Origin: a virus
Taxonomy: Duplodnaviria > Caudoviricetes
DNA length: 54,054 nucleotides
Reading direction: 5' to 3' (one strand)
IMG/VR virus record: IMGVR_UViG_3300047300_000614
Coordinates: 1-54,054 of that record
Shown here piece after piece: positions 47,601 through 54,054 of the stretch. Position 1 is the stretch's first letter; every line of letters starts with the position of its first letter. The translations under genes and the position numbers were made by a program. The notes under the pieces were generated by a model. That model saw nothing but the letters and a program-made list of their open reading frames with translations, ran no database searches and had not been told where the DNA came from.

Positions 47601-49229
47601 ATCATGCTGACGCATATTGTTTAATAAACCTTTTGCAACAACAGTCTTATTACCTTCTCTTGAACCACGCAAGATCTCATAACCAACAATATCTTTTATT
47701 GGATTACCAGCGTTATCTAAAGGAACAGATATATTCTCAAACTTAACTCCAAGAATACGTATTTTATCACCGCCTTGTGACTGATGATATACTTGTTCAG
47801 CTAATGAGTTATCTGGAAACTTATGATGTCTAATCTTTTCTCCACATAAGTTACCCCAAATATCTGGTCTATTATCTGGATAAATCTCAGTTGATTCCCA
47901 GAAACCCATCTCACCTTCAGCAATAACTACACCACCATCAGTACGTTGTGTATTTGGAAGTGATAATACTTCAGCCGTATTTTTTACTTTCCATACTTCT
48001 GGCGACTCATCTCCTTCAATAGCACTAGCATCTGCAGAAAATAAATAGTTGCGTTCTTGAGTACGAGGAGCTCTTCCAGGAATGTGGTAAGATGCAGACT
48101 TATCACCTGTATTATATATCCATCTAATAAAGAAGGCATACTGTTCATCACGCATGTATCCGGTGTTGTTACCACCTTTTACGTAATAGTTTGCAGGATA
48201 CTCAACAGTTGCCCACTTAGTAACTATTTTATTAGCTATTGGTTGATAGTTAAAGTCAAACTTGCTTTGTATACCTACTCTAACTAAATAGTTATTCAAG
48301 CGATACATTGCATCAGCAGATTCAATTGCTGGTGTTACTAATGGGATTAGTTCTAATGGTATTGTAATAAGATCTGGTTCTACAGAATCAATATGTACAC
48401 GGTTCTGATTAACTGAGTATATACCTAATCTTTTAGCTGTAGTTTGATTATTTACTACTGAGATGAGTACTAACTCAAACTCATCAAAATCTTGGTCTGT
48501 ATTCGAGATATCAACGGTTAAACTACCACCTTCACCATCGTGATCAAATAGACCTTGTACTTCAGATACTACTAGATAGTCAGTAACACGAATACTATTA
48601 ATTGAGTATGCAATAGCAACTTGATAAGAACCGTTTCTTAAAGTACCAGCAGCTTTACCTTTTTCAATGTTGATGCATGGAATAGTTAAGACTTGTGCAA
48701 TACGCATCTTCTCTACATCAAGTACTCCTGTTGATTGTTCTATGTAACACTCGCCTTGTTTTACTTTCTTTGTAACATAAGGTACGTTATCAAGATCTAA
48801 TACGCGACCAGGGTTACGTCTACCATCTTCAAAGTATACTTTATAACCACAGTCAAATCCTTTACGAGACGCTCCTGTGATTAAGTTCTTCTTATTAAAA
48901 TTTAAGCCACGACTGTTTACAACAGTCTTGTACGTACCAAGATTAGCGTCAAAGATACCAATCTCAGAATCAATGTCATCTGTTGTAAATACAGCCCATG
49001 TACCATCAATGATAGGTATAGTACCTATAAGAGAGTAAGGTAAATCAACTGTATGCAAGTTAGCTGGTTCATTACCAAGAACACCAACTTGACCATCGTG
49101 TGAGTTATTGACAGCGTTTCGTGCATGCAACCATACACCTTCACCAACGAAGGTTTCGTTAAGGTCTTTCATCATACCTTTTGAGAAGGTATTGATTACA
49201 CTAGCATTATCTTGTGGTGAGGTTGCCAT
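44640..49229 (-). CDS. Tail stabilisation/muzzle protein (crAss type)
   Basis: 1529-aa beta-rich protein beginning NTFSKGMMKD, with GYMRDEQYAF and IRHHKFP. Lies downstream of the ring-protein genes, matching crAss-like synteny. Confidence 0.75.
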   Translation of the reverse strand: MATSPQDNASVINTFSKGMMKDLNETFVGEGVWLHARNAVNNSHDGQVGVLGNEPANLHTVDLPYSLIGTIPIIDGTWAVFTTDDIDSEIGIFDANLGTYKTVVNSRGLNFNKKNLITGASRKGFDCGYKVYFEDGRRNPGRVLDLDNVPYVTKKVKQGECYIEQSTGVLDVEKMRIAQVLTIPCINIEKGKAAGTLRNGSYQVAIAYSINSIRVTDYLVVSEVQGLFDHDGEGGSLTVDISNTDQDFDEFELVLISVVNNQTTAKRLGIYSVNQNRVHIDSVEPDLITIPLELIPLVTPAIESADAMYRLNNYLVRVGIQSKFDFNYQPIANKIVTKWATVEYPANYYVKGGNNTGYMRDEQYAFFIRWIYNTGDKSASYHIPGRAPRTQERNYLFSADASAIEGDESPEVWKVKNTAEVLSLPNTQRTDGGVVIAEGEMGFWESTEIYPDNRPDIWGNLCGEKIRHHKFPDNSLAEQVYHQSQGGDKIRILGVKFENISVPLDNAGNPIKDIVGYEILRGSREGNKTVVAKGLLNNMRQHDMPDQPGVKGLYQNYPYNDLRSDLFLTSNKSFIDVGSRNNRLEDPLTEYRKDMFSFHSPDTSFSKPYLSASELKIYSEVYGKSQGSFKHVYKHPQFKQLSEQAKTVIDSLLATLIATNVLTNAAKTITFGGTEGQPFSFSMGGAVPTPAPPAAAGTFGGEVASAISLAAYLVNVATFAANVYALYTAAKLMKDQYSEKVINVIASMVPKRQYAAQYDSHGFYSNYLINSASDNARRKVTDAFYIGDNLQSYNNYRINNLHRGKYVLVNTEREFETPKTIDSSRNTKTQLQVGLNQIVETNISAYYGAIKSAFPSQYGQLESIKQIPVYTCVYQTQPDKTKVYSTDILFGGDVYIGRYTEKNPFLFFHDWLYDQQDELLYDYRARMSVAYPRYWLENTDARRLVAQGTTAFSHLDDRYEKDSFVDRGYFYLFCNGVRDFFVESEVNLAYRDWDETPEKRHYDPDRYTDLSSMFRSDIMKRGNFYKYDYSLSVSKLYNNYISWGSLQPRSYDPKIAEQCYSYSPSRIMYSLPQDKEQMQDNWVRFLPNNYIDMSGRVTSLKSVGHSGALIMLENESPILIQGVDTLQTDAGIKITIGDGGLFTQPMRNIMNTDDEYQYGSCQSKYAIVGIPAGVFWVSQEQGKIFQYAGQYKEISRNGNKWWFAKYLPSQLLKAYPNFADYDNPLIGIGCNMSYDNTNEILYITKKDYKPINANLKYDTINGFYTLGEEFIDNGVVKQTKNKVVLGDPLHFENASWTMSYDVKNEQFISLHDWHPSFIIPARSSFLSVQDKSIWRHNSRTDLYCNFYGVDYPFEIEYVASTGATVSTVRNVEYILECFKYLNDGNDRFHLLDDNFDRALVYNSEQVSGYLELNIKKKNDPVSLLVYPSVQSESIRINYSKEENKYRFNQFWDITKNRGEFVGNEVPMFNVSSNGYTRTLNPKYIDYKKSAIERKKFRHYSNRVFLRKIKSGSTKMLFKLISTKLQISNR

Positions 49230-50140
49230 TACTTAAAGGTAGTATTTGAAGCTGAACTAAACATTGCATAATATCTATTGTACTGAGCTTTTCTGTTCTT
49301 AGCCCATAGATCATGCATCTCTTGGAAGTTCGGAGTATTAACTATTGATAAAGCATTATTTCTTGCTGCTCTATACAAAGGTTCAATAAGTTGAATCTGG
49401 TTTGTGACAGTGTTCTCACCGTTCATAAACAAGTTCTCAAGAATACGTTTCTTTAAAGCGTACTCATAGTATTCGTTAATCATTGGGTGATCAAGAACCA
49501 ATAAGTTGCCTTCTTCATCTTCAAGAGCACCCTCATAGTTTAAGTAAATCTTTCCTTCTGTTAGATTAGTATAGATGAAACCGTTTTTGATTTCAGCTCG
49601 CCAAGCAGTGCTGTCACCAGCAAGCCCCATACTTTGAGCGTAACGAGATAAAAACTTACTTGGATTCATATGTACTCTTTCAAAGTGATCGTACACTCTG
49701 ACCTCGTTTCTGATCTTCTCAACAAGTATTACATCCCCTGCACAGTCACCATTTACTTGAGTTGATGTACTATATGTATCATTGCATGCACAAACAGTTG
49801 CTTCAGACCCACAAAGTCTACAAACGTTTGGATCAACAACAAGTGTTAACTCCTCAGTTTGACGACCTGCCATTACAGGAGTTTTTACTTTGTACTGACC
49901 TAACAACATTGCATTGTTTAGTACATAGAAATCTAAAGGCAAGCGAGCTTTACCTTTTGATATTTCAAGAACAGTTTCTTTTGTTTTGTTTATACGTAAA
50001 CCAAGATCATAAGAAACACGTTGAGCAACTTTGATAAGATCAGCCGGCTCAATCATACCCTCAAGGTTATACATACGAAAGTCAGATGCCACTGCTGCCA
50101 TCAACTCGTCAAAGGTGCGATATTGTAAGTCCGTATTCAT
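49229..50140 (-). CDS. Tail ring/tubular protein
   Basis: KARLPLDFY, NGFIYTN...GKIYLNY...DEEG pattern, plus synteny and TAATG coupling on both sides. Confidence 0.7.
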   Translation of the reverse strand: MNTDLQYRTFDELMAAVASDFRMYNLEGMIEPADLIKVAQRVSYDLGLRINKTKETVLEISKGKARLPLDFYVLNNAMLLGQYKVKTPVMAGRQTEELTLVVDPNVCRLCGSEATVCACNDTYSTSTQVNGDCAGDVILVEKIRNEVRVYDHFERVHMNPSKFLSRYAQSMGLAGDSTAWRAEIKNGFIYTNLTEGKIYLNYEGALEDEEGNLLVLDHPMINEYYEYALKKRILENLFMNGENTVTNQIQLIEPLYRAARNNALSIVNTPNFQEMHDLWAKNRKAQYNRYYAMFSSASNTTFK

Positions 50141-50817
50141 TATCTAAAGTTACTTTGTTTATCTGCGGATACGTCTGATGGTATCTGTAAGGTTACACCA
50201 AAATCTTTCATTACGTTTGATTCAATCTCACCATGAAGATAATCTGGTACATTAAATGATTCTAGTTGTCTGAAGTTACAGTCATCAGTAGGATCACAGT
50301 TCCAACATCCAACACTATCATCAAAAGCTGCTTCAATCTTTACCGCATCCCAATCTAAATCAGGAAAGTATAAGTAATCATTTAAGAACCAGAAGTACTT
50401 TGCATTATTATACTTATAGTTCTTTTGCTTTGAGATATTTAAGAATGATGCTGGAGTAGTTGGCTGTAATGCTTCACTACCATCAATAGATGTAATTGAT
50501 CTAATAAGTGGTCCCCAATAACCTTGCATAAATGCAGGTATCTTTGCTTTTGTGCGTCTAAATGTAATCCCTGATTTAATACCAGTACATTGTGCTTCTA
50601 CTCGATCTATCTCAATAAGCTCAACAAAATCTAGTGTTTGAAAGATAGAGGAAAAAGACATGATCTTATTCTTGCTATCTTCACGCTTCATTAACCACTT
50701 AGCGTGTTTTTGTATTAGACTATAAATAAAACGATCAGTTAAAAAGGCGTCAGATTTGACAGCCTTCAACTGATTTCGTACTCGTGAGATAACTTCTCCA
50801 ATAGTGGTTCTTGCCAT
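50140..50817 (-). CDS. Tail ring/adaptor protein
   Basis: TIGEVISRVR...LTDRFIY and YFWFLNDYLY; located between the IHF-like gene and the tubular protein gene. Confidence 0.65.
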   Translation of the reverse strand: MARTTIGEVISRVRNQLKAVKSDAFLTDRFIYSLIQKHAKWLMKREDSKNKIMSFSSIFQTLDFVELIEIDRVEAQCTGIKSGITFRRTKAKIPAFMQGYWGPLIRSITSIDGSEALQPTTPASFLNISKQKNYKYNNAKYFWFLNDYLYFPDLDWDAVKIEAAFDDSVGCWNCDPTDDCNFRQLESFNVPDYLHGEIESNVMKDFGVTLQIPSDVSADKQSNFR

Positions 50818-50824
50818 GATTATA

Positions 50825-51409
50825 TTAATCTAAGTCGAACTCATCATAGTTAATGAGATCTTCAGCTGTTTTCTTATCTTGTATATCTCGTTGATTGGAT
50901 ATACGAAACATCCGGGAGATCTTCTGAAAGTTATCTACAACCGGATACTTTTTCCACTCAATGGGATATGTTTTAGCAACAGTACGTTTGAAGTCTCTAA
51001 CTCCAGTAAAGCCCCACATATGATGAAACTTAAACCTGTACTTAACTTCAAAGTTTGTATAAAAGATCTTGGCAACATATTGATCTGATTCCCAGTTCTG
51101 TCGTTGTACTTTAACACCATAGATCGAAGACTTCTGATAATCAGTGTTGTCTGTGACCTTGCGTTTGCATGTACCAATGAACAAATAACCAAGATGTTCA
51201 GGTAGTTCTACCCCATCTCTATTATCAATAACTGTTTCCCAGAGCTTTTGATTAATTGCGCAAACAATCTTTTTATACTCTTGGTAGGTCAAAGAACGAT
51301 ACTTAGGATTCTTCTGTAAGAAGTTACGGAATGTTTCCTGACTAAGTACGTTTAGTTTCTTTGGACGATACCGAGGAGCATTTAAATCTGGTTGTTTATA
51401 TACCTTCAT
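50825..51409 (-). CDS. IHF/HU-like DNA-binding protein of crAss-like phages
   Basis: Basic protein with a helix followed by GVELPEHLGYLFI, resembling the HU/IHF core. Conserved position before the tail ring genes. Confidence 0.6.
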   Translation of the reverse strand: MKVYKQPDLNAPRYRPKKLNVLSQETFRNFLQKNPKYRSLTYQEYKKIVCAINQKLWETVIDNRDGVELPEHLGYLFIGTCKRKVTDNTDYQKSSIYGVKVQRQNWESDQYVAKIFYTNFEVKYRFKFHHMWGFTGVRDFKRTVAKTYPIEWKKYPVVDNFQKISRMFRISNQRDIQDKKTAEDLINYDEFDLD

Positions 51410-51427
51410 ATAGAGGCTCTTCTACTA

Positions 51428-51454
51428 ATAATTTACAAAATATCCGCCAAGTTT
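51428..51454 (-). promoter_or_regulatory. Putative late promoter (AAAC-N14-GTAAATTAT)
   Basis: Third copy of the shared motif; also shares a downstream AGTAGA with the 39028 copy. Confidence 0.55.
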
Positions 51455-51455
51455 C

Positions 51456-52730
51456 CTATGAAAACATGATCTTACCTTCAAAGATACGCTCAGTATACTT
51501 CTCAACAACCTCGTAACTACAACCAGGTCTATTAGGTCCAAAGTTTGTTCCTATCCATTTACTACCTCCAAACAATGATAATACATTACGGTATCTAAAA
51601 GCATATGCTTCTTCTGATGCAGATAAGTGAAGATCTCCCTTTATTAATGATACTCTTAGATCTTGTGCATCAATACGATTATACATCAAATACTTACGTA
51701 GATAGTTCTCTACCTTATCATTTAAATGTAATGGTAGACCATGCTTCATATCAGCATCATCCTTACCATGAGTAAACATAAACAAGTGATTACCATACTG
51801 TAAGTGCTCGATGAACTTCTCAAAGATACGTGTCTCTACTTGTGGATACTTTGTGTTTGTATAGATCTCAATAGCTCTGTTAACCATATAGTCGAAGTCA
51901 CCACCATGGTTTGAGTTAGCATTCTGATATACGTGATAGTTATTTGCTGTATCAGATTCCATTAAAGCATCAATGAAGTTCTTCTCTGCTTTCACAGCAA
52001 CCTCAAATGCTTCACGGTTACTCATATTCTGAGGAAGTTTGTGACCACCTCTGGTAGTATAACCATCATAACCATCCATCTTATCTCCCAGATCGATAAT
52101 GAATACATCCTCAAACTTGCCGAAAATCTCTTTTTGATAGTGAACTTCATGTAGTACTTCTGCTAAACGTTTTTCATATACTGTTTGATCATACTTATTC
52201 TCGTAGATAGCAATACCACATACATGAGCAGCAATGTGTCTATCAGATAAATAAATAAATAATGCTTTTTGATTTGATATCGTTGGGTAGAAAGTGACAG
52301 GTTTGAATGTCTTGTCTTGAAATACTTTCTGGATTATGTGCTCGGCGTCTTCGATTGATAACTCGCCGTCTTTTTTCTTTACTACTAATGCTGATACTAA
52401 CCAGCCGTTCTTCTTTTGTTTGTTCCAGAATCGATTAAGTTCCCACTTTGATAAATCGATCTGCAGTACTTTGATAATCTCTTCTGCTGACTGAGGTTGC
52501 TCTGTTGTAGTACCTGTTATTTTTGCTGTACCGTCTTTTACGTTTTCTTCTATCTCAATACCGTAAGCTAAGTCAGGAGCATCAGCATTAAACATCTGAT
52601 TGGTAAGAACTTGTCGTTTTAACTTCTTGTATTGCACAAGCGATAGTCCTAATTTGTCAGCACAATATGCATTACTCTTCTTCCAGTTAATGCTTTGTGC
52701 TACTAATTCATTGATTGATTTAGTACCCAT
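51456..52730 (-). CDS. Calcineurin-like metallophosphoesterase with an N-terminal HTH-like region
   Basis: SDRH, DLGDKMDG, SNHG, THG and GDLH motifs; N-terminal CADKLGLS. Confidence 0.8.
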   Translation of the reverse strand: MGTKSINELVAQSINWKKSNAYCADKLGLSLVQYKKLKRQVLTNQMFNADAPDLAYGIEIEENVKDGTAKITGTTTEQPQSAEEIIKVLQIDLSKWELNRFWNKQKKNGWLVSALVVKKKDGELSIEDAEHIIQKVFQDKTFKPVTFYPTISNQKALFIYLSDRHIAAHVCGIAIYENKYDQTVYEKRLAEVLHEVHYQKEIFGKFEDVFIIDLGDKMDGYDGYTTRGGHKLPQNMSNREAFEVAVKAEKNFIDALMESDTANNYHVYQNANSNHGGDFDYMVNRAIEIYTNTKYPQVETRIFEKFIEHLQYGNHLFMFTHGKDDADMKHGLPLHLNDKVENYLRKYLMYNRIDAQDLRVSLIKGDLHLSASEEAYAFRYRNVLSLFGGSKWIGTNFGPNRPGCSYEVVEKYTERIFEGKIMFS

Positions 52731-52761
52731 AAGTTACTTTTTGGTTGTTAGTTACACTTAT

Positions 52762-52798
52762 GGAAGATAAAACTGCTAAAAATATTTTATACTTCCAA
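52762..52798 (-). promoter_or_regulatory. Putative promoter TTG-N19-GCAGTTTTATCTTCC
   Basis: Matches the element at 636-672 in spacing and at 13 of 15 nt of the proximal box. Confidence 0.5.
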
Positions 52799-52817
52799 GC
52801 TTTTACTGGTTTAATGC

Positions 52818-52852
52818 AAAATAAAGACCCCCGCCATTTCTAGCAAGGGGTC
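52818..52852 (-). terminator. Intrinsic terminator with GAAA tetraloop
   Basis: The - strand reads GACCCCTTGCTA-GAAA-TGGCGGGGGTC, followed by TTTATTTT. Confidence 0.75.
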
Positions 52853-52894
52853 CCGTTTGTCAGAAGAAAACCAACAAAACTTCAGACAATATCT

Positions 52895-53857
52895 TTAAGC
52901 ACCTGGTGACGTGTCTGATATCGGAAGAGTAATACTCTTTGTAATACCAGGGCTTGTTAGCGTAAGCAAGAAGTTTTCAACACCTTCTGTAGTTACGTCA
53001 TTTGCAAATGTAAATACTTTTGAAGCTGTACCATTGTTTACAGTAAAGCTTCCTGTTAATGCTGCGGATCCAACAGATAAGTCAGCTGACTGGATACCAG
53101 TAACTTCATAGTTTATTGTTGTTCCGTTTGATACGTTTGTTGTTGTTAATACAACTGTTATTGTTTGACCTTCAGCCCCTACGGATGTTTGTGTACCATA
53201 GATATATGCTTTAAGATCATATGTTGGAGTCAATGTTCCCCCACCAACTGCACAACCTAATGTTATTTGCCAGCTATCTGTTACTGTTGCATGACCAGCA
53301 TGCTCAACAACAAGATAAAAGAAACGACCATCACCTGACGCTTTTGGAAAACTAATAGTCCCGGAAACGCTTGTATTAATACTACTTCCCCATGGCCCTG
53401 CATAATCAGCAACACCAACCCATCCTGAGTTAGCTACTTCAACACTCTCAGAGTTATAGACAATAAACTTATTTGGAGTATCGTTTGCGATATAGTTCAA
53501 AGAAACTGTTGATGAAGATGTATTATCAACATCAAGTAACTCTTTTGGATAAATATAAAAGCTAGGAGATAGTTTACTTCTAACAAGAATGTTTGTACAC
53601 TTTGTTGAAGCTAATGCTGGTACACTCCAGATAGTTGATGAACTATAATCATTATTACCACAACTGTTTTCAATAGTACCTTCAACAGCGTTACACATTG
53701 GTATGTTTGTAAGTACTACTGGAGAGCTAGTATATGTCCCTGCAATAATATAGTTCGCATCACCAACATTTCTCCAACGTACTCTGTACCCGTTTGCAGG
53801 AGCCGGAGTAGATGGATTAAAGTTGATCGTTATAGTTCTAGTAACTGGGCAAGCCAT
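52895..53857 (-). CDS. Structural or tail-fibre-associated protein with FN3-like and Calx-beta-like domains
   Basis: PAPANGYRVRWR (FN3-like) and EGQTITVVLTTTNV...GSFTV...DVTTEGVENFLLTL (Calx-beta/Ig-like). ATG at 53857. Confidence 0.7.
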   Translation of the reverse strand: MACPVTRTITINFNPSTPAPANGYRVRWRNVGDANYIIAGTYTSSPVVLTNIPMCNAVEGTIENSCGNNDYSSSTIWSVPALASTKCTNILVRSKLSPSFYIYPKELLDVDNTSSSTVSLNYIANDTPNKFIVYNSESVEVANSGWVGVADYAGPWGSSINTSVSGTISFPKASGDGRFFYLVVEHAGHATVTDSWQITLGCAVGGGTLTPTYDLKAYIYGTQTSVGAEGQTITVVLTTTNVSNGTTINYEVTGIQSADLSVGSAALTGSFTVNNGTASKVFTFANDVTTEGVENFLLTLTSPGITKSITLPISDTSPGA

Positions 53858-53859
53858 AA

Positions 53860-54054
53860 TTAACAAGTAGGAGTTGAAGGGCAGAATACTAAACTAGCAG
53901 TATTACTAACTGCACAGTTAAATGTAATATCTTCTGGTACGCAGTTGCTTTGACCACAATCTACTACATCGTATTTTGTATAGTCAAGATAAGCTGATGC
54001 TTGTCCAGCAGGGATTGTAATAGTTTGTGTATAAACAGGATCTACACCACCCCA
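53860..54054 (-). CDS. 3' end of a Cys-rich structural protein (partial; begins outside the window)
   Basis: Open frame WGGVDPVYTQTITIPAGQ...CPSTPTC* ending 2 nt before the next ATG. Confidence 0.65.
   Translation of the reverse strand, partial: WGGVDPVYTQTITIPAGQASAYLDYTKYDVVDCGQSNCVPEDITFNCAVSNTASLVFCPSTPTC

Noticed and set aside
1581-53111. The many 60-120-aa antisense or out-of-frame ORFs in the track (e.g. 1581-1796, 15674-15862, 33461-33814, 42844-43164)
   Set aside because: They lie within or opposite long motif-bearing genes, often use non-ATG starts and show no recognisable motifs. They are treated as shadow ORFs.
1-54054. Stop-codon reassignment (TAG or TGA), known in some crAss-like phages
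   Set aside because: Very long ORFs are intact under the standard code and tile the window. TAG (e.g. 635, 3907, 7652, 51456) and TGA (e.g. 11126, 11987, 44640) both end genes at sensible positions.

Overview
About 54 kb of an AT-rich tailed-phage genome of crAss-like type (Crassvirales-like), with an inferred Bacteroidota host: leaders are A-rich without Shine-Dalgarno motifs and there is a TTG-N19-TAnnTTTG promoter. The genetic code is standard. Two gene blocks converge at a bidirectional terminator near 12.96 kb. The + strand block (1-12968) covers replication and nucleotide metabolism: DnaB-like helicase, Sak4-like AAA ATPase, putative SSB, DnaG-like primase, GIY-YIG nuclease, PD-(D/E)XK exonuclease, family B DNA polymerase, HAD hydrolase, dUTPase, cyclic-phosphate-processing receiver-like protein and dNMP kinase. 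The - strand block (12979-54054) encodes virion proteins: FN3/Calx-beta proteins, a metallophosphoesterase, an IHF-like protein, two tail ring proteins, a muzzle/tail stabilisation protein, three modular cargo-like proteins, a 959-aa putative ejection protein, a 4902-aa virion RNA polymerase and a 1616-aa polyvalent protein. Four things stand out. (1) The three cargo-like proteins (35519-44643) are strings of discrete modules, including five predicted cell-wall enzyme domains and small basic modules, separated by a recurrent xxxGG motif that suggests polyprotein processing. (2) The same proteins carry paired N- and C-terminal motifs that could dock them head-to-tail in gene order. (3) The RNA polymerase is fused to two zincin-like, two ASCH-like and one RecD/Dda-like helicase domain. 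(4) There is a candidate ~70-nt small RNA and three apparent promoter classes. All family assignments come from motif recognition by eye; no searches were run.
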